Source: Planctomycetota bacterium (lineage in GTDB: Bacteria; Planctomycetota; UBA8108; SXIK01). From it: a stretch of DNA of 64,000 nucleotides. Numbering within the stretch: the stretch's first letter is position 1; every line of letters begins with the position of its first letter. The translations under genes were made by a program, and so were the position numbers. Under the pieces are notes generated by a model. The model was not told the DNA's origin. It saw nothing but the letters and a program-made list of their open reading frames with translations, and made no database searches. The stretch is taken from the NCBI GenBank assembly GCA_965223265.1, contig OZ244999.1:5216001-5280000 (forward strand), given 5' to 3'. Shown here in pieces: positions 9,416 through 19,598 of this stretch.

Positions 9416-12400
9416 TCATGGCCCACAACCCGCAATCGAGTCCGGCGTCTCATCGAAACCCAAATTGGGGTAGGGCGGCGGAATGAATGGTCCGTCCTTG
9501 AAGAGAAAGTTCGCCAGGAAGACAGGGTCGGCCACATCGATCAATCCACTGTCATCTGCGTCGAGGGCGTCGAGGCAAAACGGAAACCGTGACTCCTCCG
9601 AAAAAAGCAGCGCCAGGCTTCGTGTTACATCCGTGACGTTGAGACGGCCATCCTCGTTGGCATCGCCACGCAGGAACATCCGCGGCGCATCGGAATTGGA
9701 CACCCCGGGCGAAGGCGTCGCGAGGACCGAGATGTCCCCGAGCCCGTCTGGCTGCCGCCCGAGCGAACGATCCATCGCGAGAGCAGTAAAATCGAATTCG
9801 AACGAATCGATCACGCAGCTACCGTTCGCTACCGAGTTGATGAGATAGATCGCCCCCTGCCCGTCGAGGTCAAACGCGCTGAGCTCCTCTCCCGTCAACT
9901 CGAAAGCGGCGAAGCCATTCGGCTCGATGGCGGCAGCGCCAGCGAGCTCCAGCTTCTGCGGAAAGCGTTCATCGTCGGTCAACATGAGGCCGTCAATCGC
10001 GACCGTCTCCGTCGCACTAAGGTTCACTAGTTCGACCCACTTGCGAGGCACGCCCGATCCGTCTCCGAGCGGCGCATTCCGATTCAATTCGTTGATCGCC
10101 ACCGGGGGTCTCTCTGCCGCAGCCGTACCAAAGCTAAAGGGTCCGGCCGCGAGCGCCGAGCCGCACAGATCCGTGAGTTCGACTTCATACGAAACAACCG
10201 GTGGCAACTCTCCCCCTCTCAGATCCGCCACCACCTCGAGGTGCACACTCGTGTATCCCGGCGGCGAGACAGCGCAGGCGCCAGCTCCCAGGCCGCACGA
10301 GAAGTTTCTGATGCTCGCCCGCGTCTCTTCAGATGTGTCACCGATCTGGACACGGAACATCGCCTCGTCGATGGCGAAGTTCGGATTGAGTGTGGCGGGA
10401 TCGAGAGCCTCGATGAGCGAGGTATCAACGAAGACAACCGCCTGCAGGCGCACAAAACTCGTCGTCACACACGTATTGTTCGCGTCTAAGAGATCGGTGT
10501 GGAAGGCGCTGTGAAACAAGGGCGGCAGCAGATCCGACAGGTTGCGCTGATCAGGCGTCGGCACAAGTTCCGCGAATGGACTCTCGGCGTCGCAAAGCCG
10601 TCCGAACGAGATGTCGGCCCGACAGGTCCCGTCCGGAGCGTCGAGATCCCACGTCAGTGTATCGACGATCGAGTTGGCACCTCCTTCACGGCCGTCGGGC
10701 GCGATGAGGAAGAGCGTCTCTTCGCACGCGAGTTCGAAACTGCCTGACACCTCGAAGTACCGCGGCGGCACCGGATCTGGTGGCGGCCCGAAGTACAGCG
10801 TCAAGACGTCACCGGGAGCGACAATGGCCCCATCCGGGAAGCGCCATTCGCGCGCCCGGCGGACCGGCAAAGTAAACGACTCAGGAAACTTAGCCTGCGC
10901 CAGGTAGTAACCGCTGAGGTCGAACGGCTCACCGCCAGAATTAAAGAGCTCAACATAGTCGTGCGACTTGGGGTCAAGCGACCCGACAAACGGTGGCAAG
11001 AGCGTCGTCTCATTGTCCGGCAAGACCTCATTGAAGCGAGGCGTCGCGGGGTCGCGCTCGAATCCGACGAGATACTGAAACGACACTTCCACGTCCGGCC
11101 TGTCGTCGTAGATCGTCTCGAGTCCGAGCGCCAGGTCTTGAGCGACTAACGAAAACGTAACGAACGAACCGCTCGGCTGGGGCGGGATCTCGGCCTCGAC
11201 GTCGTAGAGCAGACTCGCAGCTGCGGCGGCGCCTTGATTGGTAGCGAGCTCAAGGTCCGCTCCCGTCAGCTGGACCACACCACCTTCGCCGGGATCGCTC
11301 GAGTAGTGAATCTCGACAATCGCTTGGCTCGGAAGTGTGTCCTGGTCGAAGCTCACCTGCGAGCGCACAAGCACGGCGTCATCCGCCTGTGGGTTGCGAG
11401 GAAAGACCGTAACGATTTCGTCAAACCGCGGCTGCACGTCACACACAAGCGTGTTGTCTCCGCCAGGTGTCGGTGTACACAGAAAGTTTCCCGGGGCCAA
11501 TTCGCCAGTAAACATCGATTCGACGACGGATGGACGACCAAGGGAAACGTCTGCCTTGACCGTAGGAATCATCGAGAGCTCGTCACGAAACTCCGGTGGC
11601 ACTTCCTCGAATCGGATCTCAACGAGATCGATCTTGCGGCCACTGGGATCAAGAAGCACGAAACCATCCGGGTCGTTGCGTCTTGTCGCGTCGAGCCGAA
11701 AGCTCGTCGACACGAAGTACGGAACGCCGTCGCCATCCAGCAATTGGCAACCCGCAGCCCCACGCAGCTGTCCCACGTCCTCAAGCCGGTAGATAGGACG
11801 TTCATCACGATCTCGATTGTCGGCCAGGACGACTAAGAAACATCCCGGCTCGAGTACGATCGACTCGGTGGCTATCTCGTATGGGACAGAAGGATCAATG
11901 AATCGCCACGGATCGAGTTGCAGCAACTCGCCGGTACCAAAGCGCCGCCAATCTCCGAGCGAGACCATGCCAAACTCACTGAGATCGACCGCCTCGGTGC
12001 CGAAGTTGTGTATCTCGAACCAGTCCGGCGTCTTGACGCGATTGCCGAGAAAGAACCGCAGCGAGTCATTGATTGGTACATATTCGTTGACTAAGAGGGT
12101 GGCGAGCTGACTCTGCCCCTCGCCGAACGTTAAACAATCGAGTAGTTGCCGGGTGGTCAGATTCTCGACCGTCACAGTCACACGCCCGCGGCGAACCGTG
12201 CCGCACGGAGCGCCTGGAATGACGCCACGATAGTTAAGCTGCGAGCGAGGAACGACTAGAGGAGTGCCGTTGATGTCCACGCGACTCGTGTCCGGTGGCG
12301 CCGGCGTCACAGAGTCGAGAAAGAGCTCGACGCCTTCGATCGTGAAGGGCTGATCCGCAACTCCCTGCACGCAAGAGTCGAGATCGGTATAGTCGAGCAC

Positions 12401-13189
12401 GGTGACGACCTCGTCGACTCTGGAGGTATCTACAGTGACTCTGAACCCGACGTCGGCACTCTCGCCGCAGGCTGGCAGAACTGTCGAAAGTTCCGTCCCG
12501 TTCACTGCTAAGGTGCCGGTATCCGTCGGCATATTCGGCGCACTCGGGGTCGGTCCGGAGTAGATCACACCAAACTCCCCAGCTCCATCCGGGAAACGCC
12601 CGACCGAGACATTCTGTTCGACCCCACGGACTCCGACACGGTCAACAAGCACGCCGCCGTCAAAGAGATAAAGCGTCTCCGCGGCACCGAAGCCGAAGTC
12701 CGCCGTCAGACCGGTCGGTGCACAACTGGTGACGCAGGTGTCGAACGCCGTAAAGCACTCCGCCTCGTCCGAGGGCGTCGGTTCCGTCAAAGCGGCCAGA
12801 CAGGCGTCTCGCTCTTCAGCGCACGTTGGCGCACACCTCTCCTTGCGAAACACGAAGACGACGACGAACTCCTTCGCGTCAATGACGGCGCCGGGGGGAA
12901 AACGAAACTTGCCGGGGCGATCAAGGTCGTCAGAGAGCGAAAACCCGGCAAGAGAGAGAGGAGTGCTGCCGTCGTTGAAGATCTCGACCCAATCCTGGAC
13001 GATCGGCGCACCAGCGTCGTCGAGGACCACCGTCGAGGAGTTTCTCGGCATCGCCTCGTTGAGGCGCAGGGCCCGTCGGCTGCTCGAGGAACGCGACGAT
13101 GGCTCACAGGAAAGAAGCGCGACGATGGCGAAACAGGCGCAAAGCCAAATGCGAGACCGGTCGTAGACCTTCATCGTCAGACGGCGCAT
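9416..13189 (-). CDS. Secreted or lipoprotein with four lamin-tail (LTD) domains and a C-terminal dockerin-like domain
   Basis: Four (L/I/V/F)NE...(D/K)(W/Y)xE(I/L)xN units with SxGR.PDG-type ends. C-terminus FLRGDANEDGRLNVTD...DADDSGLIDVADP. Lipobox-like LLSC; GAGGAG precedes ATG 13189. Confidence 0.8.
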   Translation of the reverse strand: MRRLTMKVYDRSRIWLCACFAIVALLSCEPSSRSSSSRRALRLNEAMPRNSSTVVLDDAGAPIVQDWVEIFNDGSTPLSLAGFSLSDDLDRPGKFRFPPGAVIDAKEFVVVFVFRKERCAPTCAEERDACLAALTEPTPSDEAECFTAFDTCVTSCAPTGLTADFGFGAAETLYLFDGGVLVDRVGVRGVEQNVSVGRFPDGAGEFGVIYSGPTPSAPNMPTDTGTLAVNGTELSTVLPACGESADVGFRVTVDTSRVDEVVTVLDYTDLDSCVQGVADQPFTIEGVELFLDSVTPAPPDTSRVDINGTPLVVPRSQLNYRGVIPGAPCGTVRRGRVTVTVENLTTRQLLDCLTFGEGQSQLATLLVNEYVPINDSLRFFLGNRVKTPDWFEIHNFGTEAVDLSEFGMVSLGDWRRFGTGELLQLDPWRFIDPSVPYEIATESIVLEPGCFLVVLADNRDRDERPIYRLEDVGQLRGAAGCQLLDGDGVPYFVSTSFRLDATRRNDPDGFVLLDPSGRKIDLVEIRFEEVPPEFRDELSMIPTVKADVSLGRPSVVESMFTGELAPGNFLCTPTPGGDNTLVCDVQPRFDEIVTVFPRNPQADDAVLVRSQVSFDQDTLPSQAIVEIHYSSDPGEGGVVQLTGADLELATNQGAAAAASLLYDVEAEIPPQPSGSFVTFSLVAQDLALGLETIYDDRPDVEVSFQYLVGFERDPATPRFNEVLPDNETTLLPPFVGSLDPKSHDYVELFNSGGEPFDLSGYYLAQAKFPESFTLPVRRAREWRFPDGAIVAPGDVLTLYFGPPPDPVPPRYFEVSGSFELACEETLFLIAPDGREGGANSIVDTLTWDLDAPDGTCRADISFGRLCDAESPFAELVPTPDQRNLSDLLPPLFHSAFHTDLLDANNTCVTTSFVRLQAVVFVDTSLIEALDPATLNPNFAIDEAMFRVQIGDTSEETRASIRNFSCGLGAGACAVSPPGYTSVHLEVVADLRGGELPPVVSYEVELTDLCGSALAAGPFSFGTAAAERPPVAINELNRNAPLGDGSGVPRKWVELVNLSATETVAIDGLMLTDDERFPQKLELAGAAAIEPNGFAAFELTGEELSAFDLDGQGAIYLINSVANGSCVIDSFEFDFTALAMDRSLGRQPDGLGDISVLATPSPGVSNSDAPRMFLRGDANEDGRLNVTDVTRSLALLFSEESRFPFCLDALDADDSGLIDVADPVFLANFLFKDGPFIPPPYPNLGFDETPDSIAGCGP

Positions 13190-13410
13190 AGAGAGAAAGG
13201 CTCCTCTTTCCAGCACCCGTTCAATTCGAGATCCTCCCGCGGTCAGATCCGCAGTCGGGATGTTCGGGACGTTACAATCAGGGAACTTTCCAGCCGGATA
13301 ACGTTGCAAGCCAGAACGCACGTCTCAGGCGAAGACATTCGGAATCGCGGCGATGGAACAACGGTGTGGACGGGCTGGTTCGATCAGGCGAGGAAACGCG
13401 AACGTTGGCG

Positions 13411-13419
13411 ATTATAGCA
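13411..13419 (-). promoter_or_regulatory. Extended -10 element for the LTD gene
   Basis: TGCTATAAT on the minus strand. Confidence 0.5.
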
Positions 13420-13556
13420 CAACGTTAGATGCGGAGCGCTGAAACTTTCCCAAACCACTGAGCTTGATACATAGGTCGCTCTTGCATAGGCTTCCTCAAA
13501 CCAAACAAGGCCTGCTGCGTCCCACCTCAGTGCCCGTCAAGTGGAGGAACCTGCCG

Positions 13557-14735
13557 ATGGCGACAGAATCGATGACGCTGATCACGCGTGTCGACGTCGT
13601 TCGTGCGGCGAGCATTCTGCCCAACAGTTCGGTGCTTGTCAGCGGCAGTAGAATCGTCGCTGTCGGGAAGCCAGCTTCGCAAGCGGCCCGCCGCTCGAGC
13701 GTCCAACGCCTCGACGGCCGTGGCGGCTACCTCTCCGCCGGCTTCGTCGATCTCCACACCCACGGGGTGGTCGGAGTCGACTTGGTTCGGGCCGACGAGG
13801 CGGAGTTCTCGCGGGCGATGCAGTTCTATCTTTCGTGCGGCGTGACATCGATTCTCGCCAGCGTCTACCCCCAGCCCTGGTCGCAGCTGCTGAAGTGTGT
13901 CCGGCGGTTGGCGCGCTTCGTGGAGGAGGGCATCGGAAACGGTGTCGCTGTTGGACTGCATCTCGAGGGCCCCTACCTCAGTTCGAAGCGCCCGGGCGCC
14001 CTACCCGCCAAGCACTTTCGACGCTATGCGGCCGGCGATCTCGATGCGTTGCTGGAGGCGGGAGGTGGCATGGTGCGCACCATGACGTTGGCGCCCGAGA
14101 TCGCGGGAAGCAGTCGCCTGATCGATCGCCTCCGTCGGCACGGGGTCGTCCCGGCGTTTGGCCACTCTGACGCTGACTACCAGGGCACCCGCGCCTGCTT
14201 GGCACGCGGCGTGAGCTACGCCACTCACCTCTTCAACGCCATGAACGGCGTTCACCACCGCTCCCCTGGAGCCGTCATGGCGCTCCTGGAAGACAGAGAC
14301 ACTGCCGTTGAGCTCATCGCCGACGGCCACCATGTGGACGTGCCGCTTCTGCGTCTCGTGGAGCGGGAAAAACGGGCCGATAAGATTCTCCTGGTCAGCG
14401 ATTCAGTGCAGCCGTGTGGCCTGAAGCCGGGACGCTGCAGCTTCGCAGGACGCAGCGGCTACGCACGTGGTGGTCGCGTGACGCTGGCAGACGGCACCCT
14501 CGCCGGCAGCTTGCTGACGCTCCCGGAAGCCGTCCGCCGCTGGGTGCAAGAGGTCGGGGCGCCGCCGGCGGCCGCTTTCGCCGCAGCGACGCGCAACCCG
14601 GCACGCGCGATTGGGCTCCGGCGCGGCGAACTGGTCAAAGGGCGGCCGGCTGATCTGACGCTCCTGGACAAAGACTTTCGCGTTCAGGCGACTTGGCTCG
14701 GCGGGCGGCTCGCATTTCGTCGCCGCCGCGGCTAG
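13557..14735 (+). CDS. nagA: N-acetylglucosamine-6-phosphate deacetylase
   Basis: GFVDLHTHG, HLEGPY, TLAPE, GHSDA, THLFNAM, IADGHH and LAGS motifs; GGAGG RBS before ATG 13557. Confidence 0.95.
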   Translation: MATESMTLITRVDVVRAASILPNSSVLVSGSRIVAVGKPASQAARRSSVQRLDGRGGYLSAGFVDLHTHGVVGVDLVRADEAEFSRAMQFYLSCGVTSILASVYPQPWSQLLKCVRRLARFVEEGIGNGVAVGLHLEGPYLSSKRPGALPAKHFRRYAAGDLDALLEAGGGMVRTMTLAPEIAGSSRLIDRLRRHGVVPAFGHSDADYQGTRACLARGVSYATHLFNAMNGVHHRSPGAVMALLEDRDTAVELIADGHHVDVPLLRLVEREKRADKILLVSDSVQPCGLKPGRCSFAGRSGYARGGRVTLADGTLAGSLLTLPEAVRRWVQEVGAPPAAAFAAATRNPARAIGLRRGELVKGRPADLTLLDKDFRVQATWLGGRLAFRRRRG

Positions 14736-14905
14736 GCGCCGGTTTCGCAGCCTGCCGGCGGGCTGCTCGTGGGGCTCTGCCGGCTCCGGCAGCGTTTGTG
14801 CGCGGCGCAGAGGGGCCTGCGGACAACTGTAGATTGCATTCCCCGGCGCAAGAGCCTCGCAAGGACCCAGTCAGAAACCCTCGCCCAGCGGCACGCAATT
14901 TCGCC

Positions 14906-14934
14906 TTGGAAGCGGTTGCTGCCCCACCTATAAT
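14906..14934 (+). promoter_or_regulatory. Putative sigma70 promoter for rpmH
   Basis: TTGGAA-N17-TATAAT about 90 nt upstream of the ATG. Confidence 0.55.
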
Positions 14935-15023
14935 GCCGCCTGGATTTTCAGCCAGGGCGCTCCCCGGCTGCGTCAGCAAACGACACGTCTCATCAGATTC
15001 ATCAGATCGATAGGAACCTGGGC

Positions 15024-15170
15024 ATGCGCGTCAGGATCAGAAAGAGCAACGTCAAACGAGACAAGCGCGGTTTTCGGCATCGAATGAAGACGCGCGCCGG
15101 TCGCAAGATGATCAACAAGCGACGACGCATCGGGCGCAAACTGCCCGGCCACAAGAAGCCGCGACGTTGA
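15024..15170 (+). CDS. rpmH: 50S ribosomal protein L34 (not in the ORF track)
   Basis: Manual translation gives MRVRIRKSNVKRDKRGFRHRMKTRAGRKMINKRRRIGRKLPGHKKPRR* (48 aa), with the GFRxRMxTxxGRxxxxxRRxxGRK signature. Confidence 0.9.
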   Translation: MRVRIRKSNVKRDKRGFRHRMKTRAGRKMINKRRRIGRKLPGHKKPRR

Positions 15171-15278
15171 CGCCTTTTTGAGCGGGCTGTTCACTCGAGT
15201 TTCAGTGAACGCTCGTACGCTTGTTGGTGGCCGATCGCCGTCGGCGAAGGCGAAAAGCAGCGACCAAAAGAGTGTGAC

Positions 15279-15320
15279 AAAAAAATGGGACAACCCCGTG
15301 ATCGAGGTTGTCCCATTTTT
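15279..15320. terminator. Bidirectional intrinsic terminator between the convergent rpmH and actin-like genes
   Basis: AAAAAATGGGACAACC-ccgtgatcga-GGTTGTCCCATTTTTT. Confidence 0.85.
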
Positions 15321-15362
15321 TGCTACAGATACTACAGAGCCGCGCGATCGCTGACCGCTGCC

Positions 15363-16472
15363 TTACATAGGCACTTGCCACTGATCGTCACGCACGTTGT
15401 CGGCGACTTTGAGGGCGCCGTTGGCAACGAGGCGCTTGTAGTCACTTGGACGCACCGTGCGAGCACAGTCGTAACCCTCTTCGCGAAGCGTCTCCTGGAG
15501 GCGCTCGCAGAGGCCGCTGATCTGTGAACCACCGCCGGTGACGATGATGTTTTCCATGACCTTGACAATGGAGTCTGAGTCACAGCGCGACAAGAGATCA
15601 CGAATACCGCGGAGGATCAGCGGCACGAGAGCGTCGCAAGCCTCTTGAATGATTTCGGCGAAGTCAACGATCCGAGGGCGTCCATCAACGTAAACCTTGA
15701 CGTTGGCGTCGCGGTCGAAGCCCTCGACGAAGGAGTGACTCTCCTTGAGCTGCGTGATCGTTACGCGAGTGAGCTTGAGGTCAGGATAGCGCCGGGCGAT
15801 ACACTGCGCCAAGGTGTCGTCGATAAAGTTTCCGGCTTGCGGGAAACTGATCTGGTCGTCGGCGGTCGGGTAGTAGCCGCGGACGAGGCAGAGATCTGTC
15901 GTCCCTGCGCCGATATCGACGATCAGCGAGTGCTTGGTGGGATCGCCGCCCGTCTTCCCGTAGTGCGGGTCATCGCGCAGACCCATGGCGGCCAGGAAAG
16001 GCTCTGGGACAACCACGAGTCGATCGAGGACTCCGACCATCGTGGCGCGGAGACTTTTCTGCTGCTCCTTCGTACAGTTCGCGGGCGCACCAACGACACC
16101 CCAGACCTGCTGCTTTGGGTCGTTGGTCACGACGTTGCGCAGGTGCTTCGTGAAAAGACGAGTGGTCTCGACGTCGTCGACACAACCCTCGTGAAGAATC
16201 CATTTCAGATCGAGATGCAAGCGGTAATCGACGGCCTCGTCGCCAAAGAGCGTATCGGTATCGTTCGGAAGGATTCCAGGGATGATTCCGGCTTTCGGAA
16301 AGCCGATGACTGATCGAATCAGATCCGTTTCGTTCGGAAAGTCGATCAACTGCTCGCCACACTTTGCAGCGACCACGGTCGTGTTCGTGCCGAGGTCCAA
16401 ACCAAGCTTGACGACGGTCGCTGCCGGCTTGGGAGCAGGCGTCTTCGCTTTGACGTTTTCGTTTTTGGGCAT
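15363..16472 (-). CDS. MamK-family actin-like ATPase
   Basis: GLDLGTNTT, SVIGFPK, FGDEA..YRLHLDL, VVGAPA, EPFLAAMG, IVDIGAGTTDLC..RG..P..DDQI, AGNFID, NIIVTGGGSQI and GALK. This pattern resembles MamK more than MreB. GAAGGGA RBS before ATG 16472. Confidence 0.85.
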   Translation of the reverse strand: MPKNENVKAKTPAPKPAATVVKLGLDLGTNTTVVAAKCGEQLIDFPNETDLIRSVIGFPKAGIIPGILPNDTDTLFGDEAVDYRLHLDLKWILHEGCVDDVETTRLFTKHLRNVVTNDPKQQVWGVVGAPANCTKEQQKSLRATMVGVLDRLVVVPEPFLAAMGLRDDPHYGKTGGDPTKHSLIVDIGAGTTDLCLVRGYYPTADDQISFPQAGNFIDDTLAQCIARRYPDLKLTRVTITQLKESHSFVEGFDRDANVKVYVDGRPRIVDFAEIIQEACDALVPLILRGIRDLLSRCDSDSIVKVMENIIVTGGGSQISGLCERLQETLREEGYDCARTVRPSDYKRLVANGALKVADNVRDDQWQVPM

Positions 16473-16860
16473 CGCTATTCCCTTCTTACAACCTTCAAAA
16501 ACACATTCAGCTGTCCGCAGGAAAGCTATGGCCCAACGGGGGCATGCGAAGGACAAAGTCCTGCGGCTACCACAAGCAATCTGTCAAGAGTGTCAAAGTG
16601 TGTTCCACCACCAGCACCTTCAACGGCTTTCGCCATCCCAGGCGCCAGCGGTTGACCCAATCATCTTCTGGCCGTTAGCCATGAATTGACGGGCTGCAGA
16701 ACACGCAGAGTTCGTAAGAGGGACACGGTTGTTTGCCGGCCGCCACCGAGTCCTTACGAGCTCGAATTGAACACCTGACAATGAGCAAGAAGCGCGCCAC
16801 GCTCGCGCGGCTCGCCGACGCGTCATGACCACCACCCGGAAGGTCAATCGCATGAACCAA

Positions 16861-18288
16861 TTACGGCGAGACCATGTTCCCCGGCTGCGTTTTCCACCAT
16901 TCAATCCATGCAAGCGCCGCGCCCTCGGAGGCGGCAACTTCTCGGGTTCCAGTCCGGGATTTTGACAGCTGTTCCAGCGCCTCAAGCGAAAGGCCTGCTG
17001 ACCCTCGCAGATGCGCCGTCGCCCACGCGACGACCTCCTCGGCGCCAAAATCGTCAAACATGTGGCGACGCTCGAGGATCGACATCAGCACTGGAACCGT
17101 CTCGGGGTGTCCTTCGGCCGCCATAGCCTCGACGACGCTCATCGCCTTCGACGCGTGAGAGGCCCCCGCGACGTACGCCCGCCAGGTCGATGCAGGAAAG
17201 CAGCATCTCAGCGTAGCGCGAACCACTTCGATCTCGACGTAGGGGTCCTCAAGCTTCTCGTACAGCTCCTGCACCCAAGGCATGTCACTGGGGCGGAGCG
17301 CGCGGCCGAGCTCAAGAAAGAATAGCGTCGGTCGCATCCCTCTTGGCAGGCTGCTCAGGTCACCGAGCACGCGCCGCACAAAACTCCGATCCTTCAACCG
17401 ACGTCTGAGCTCGGCTTGCGTACGCTCGAGGTCCGAAAAATGCGAACCCCGAACAGTTTCTTCGCCTGCCGGCAAGCGCTCGCTCAGGTGACGAAGTCGA
17501 TAGTCCACCACGAGCTCATCAGCCTCGGCCGAGAAGACGGTGGCGATCACCCGCAGCGGAAAACCACCAAGCAGCTGAGCAACGCGTCGAGCTCGAACTG
17601 GGGCGACCCCGAGGACAGCGACAAGATATGCCTCTGTGGCAGCGCGAGACGCGACCGGCTCGGCGGTGGCGGCCCACAACTCCCAGTAGACCCCAGGCTC
17701 AATCGCGATCACCTGATGCCGAACGACGAACCCATCCAGCTCGTCCCAACCCATGACGATTGACCGCTCGTCACCAACAAAGAAATCGACATGCTCGAGC
17801 CCACGTACGGCCTCAGATTCGGAGAACGCCGTGAGAAAGTCGACGAGATTACGACGCCGACGCATCCCGTCCTCATAGTCGAGCTCAGCAAAGGAAAGCT
17901 CTTCGACTTCCTCACCTCTCACGACACGGAGACTTCTTTTACCGAAGTCGAAAACCTGAGTTGTGGTGACCTCCCCTGGGTCGGATAGCGCATCCTCGGC
18001 AACAGTTGTGCTGAGAGTTCCAATCGCACCGTCGACTTCCAGGAGCAGCGTGACACTCCAATCTTCCCCGTCCACCGCTGCGTCTTGCGAAGCCGCGCCA
18101 TACTCGACGATTTCAGCTTCGAGTACAGCGATGTGGTGCGCGTCGAGCGAACATCCAGCGATCCCCAAAAGGGCGCACGCGGCTGCTAACTTCACCGCAG
18201 TGCAGAGCTTGGCCCAACGCTGTGCGTCATGGCAAGAGCAGACGCGTGAGCCGATAACACCACGTGCATCTCGCATTGGGTCAAGCAT
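16861..18288 (-). CDS. Hypothetical lipoprotein with a helical (HEAT-like) C-terminus
   Basis: Long ORF with lipobox-like ALLGIAGC and a C-terminal W..WW motif. The start is uncertain. Confidence 0.55.
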   Translation of the reverse strand: MLDPMRDARGVIGSRVCSCHDAQRWAKLCTAVKLAAACALLGIAGCSLDAHHIAVLEAEIVEYGAASQDAAVDGEDWSVTLLLEVDGAIGTLSTTVAEDALSDPGEVTTTQVFDFGKRSLRVVRGEEVEELSFAELDYEDGMRRRRNLVDFLTAFSESEAVRGLEHVDFFVGDERSIVMGWDELDGFVVRHQVIAIEPGVYWELWAATAEPVASRAATEAYLVAVLGVAPVRARRVAQLLGGFPLRVIATVFSAEADELVVDYRLRHLSERLPAGEETVRGSHFSDLERTQAELRRRLKDRSFVRRVLGDLSSLPRGMRPTLFFLELGRALRPSDMPWVQELYEKLEDPYVEIEVVRATLRCCFPASTWRAYVAGASHASKAMSVVEAMAAEGHPETVPVLMSILERRHMFDDFGAEEVVAWATAHLRGSAGLSLEALEQLSKSRTGTREVAASEGAALAWIEWWKTQPGNMVSP

Positions 18289-18350
18289 ATTTTAGTGTCT
18301 CGTTGTTCGTACTCCGCGGCGAAGAATGTCCATCCCTCACCCCAGAGGAG

Positions 18351-18359
18351 TGTTATAAT
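18351..18359 (+). promoter_or_regulatory. Extended -10 element
   Basis: TGTTATAAT about 30 nt upstream of ATG 18390. Confidence 0.55.
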
Positions 18360-18389
18360 CAATGCACGTTCAAGCAGGAAGAACTTGTC

Positions 18390-19205
18390 ATGGTCGTGTG
18401 GTCAACGATAGAAGCAAGCTGCCCGATGTGCCGAAATCGGGTTCGACTGAGGGAGGTCGGTAGCGGGTTCTCCATCGGTCAAGATTCCGACTTGTTCGTC
18501 CGCATGAAGGGTAAACACATCATTCAAGCGGAGGTTCACACCTGCCACCATTGCCGTTTTTCTGGTTACACAGAGGACTTTCTTCGCGACATTTCGTCGG
18601 AGGCTCGTTCACGTTTCGTCAAGGAGGTCGCTCCGGGACTCGTCGACGAAGCTGAAGACACACGCACCACGAAAGACCTCGAGGGCTTGCGCCGAGTACC
18701 CAAGACGAAACGCAAAGCTCCGGCGGGAAAGAAAAAATCCGGCAAGCTGCGCCGCTGCCGCACAACACCGCTACCACACATCCAATATGAGTGGGCAAGT
18801 CGAGCCGCGGCGGCGATTGGTCTTTCGGCTCACGAGCAGGCAAAGCGCCTTTTGCGCGCCTACTGGTGCTTGCGCATTTCGCCGTCGTCAAATCTCAGCG
18901 ACCGCACCCTGAAACGATTGCGCAAAAACTACCTCCAGGCGGCGATTCGCAAGTTCCGTCAGGAGCTGCGATTTCAGAAAGACCCCAACCTGGTCTATGT
19001 AGTGGCCGAACTGTGCCGGCGCAACGGCAACTACTCGTTAGCGACGAACTACTTCCGACGCTTCGTTGAACGCGAGCAAGCGCCCGCGAAGTACCTGCGC
19101 GAAGCCGCAACCAAACTCTTAGAGTTCGCGCAGGATGAGAACAGCGCGGAGCTGTCGATGGAGGAGCTCCTCTACAATCCGGCCCCGGAGCCGGAAGACG
19201 ACTGA
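18390..19205 (+). CDS. DUF2225-like Zn-ribbon/TPR protein
   Basis: CPMC ... DSDL ... CHHCRFSG; C-terminal TPR-like YVVAELCRRNGNYSLATNYF. Confidence 0.7.
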   Translation: MVVWSTIEASCPMCRNRVRLREVGSGFSIGQDSDLFVRMKGKHIIQAEVHTCHHCRFSGYTEDFLRDISSEARSRFVKEVAPGLVDEAEDTRTTKDLEGLRRVPKTKRKAPAGKKKSGKLRRCRTTPLPHIQYEWASRAAAAIGLSAHEQAKRLLRAYWCLRISPSSNLSDRTLKRLRKNYLQAAIRKFRQELRFQKDPNLVYVVAELCRRNGNYSLATNYFRRFVEREQAPAKYLREAATKLLEFAQDENSAELSMEELLYNPAPEPEDD

Positions 19206-19283
19206 ACCTCACCAACGGCCTCCATCCATCGTCGCCACGAGAGACCTCATGAACTCGTAGAGACGCCCAAGCAGCTCTCTATG

Positions 19284-19598
19284 CTACTGCTTGACCAACT
19301 TCTTCAGCGCCTGGCGCACGTCCTTGTAGAAGCTGGCGAACGCGTTGCTCCGCGCGTCCCCGCCCTGCTGGCTCTTGCTTCGGGTATTCGACTGCACCCA
19401 GTTGAACTCTTTCAGGCCCCAATCGTTGGTGATGTTCTCGACGCGCTCCGCCAGCTGCCCGTTCTTGTCGAGCCAGCGCATCAGGTTTGGTGTCTTTGAT
19501 GCACCGCCGAACTCGGTCTCGTCCTTCTGAAACACCTCAAGGTGCTCCTCTTGGAATGCGGCTGCCTCCTTCTTGACGAGATCCATATAGTCGCTCAT
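19284..19598 (-). CDS. Hypothetical protein (104 aa)
   Basis: Clean ORF with AGGAG RBS and typical high-GC3 codon use. Confidence 0.7.
   Translation of the reverse strand: MSDYMDLVKKEAAAFQEEHLEVFQKDETEFGGASKTPNLMRWLDKNGQLAERVENITNDWGLKEFNWVQSNTRSKSQQGGDARSNAFASFYKDVRQALKKLVKQ

Noticed and set aside
15363-16472. Magnetosome gene island
   Set aside because: No mamA/B/E/M/O/P/Q-like or feoB genes are in the window.
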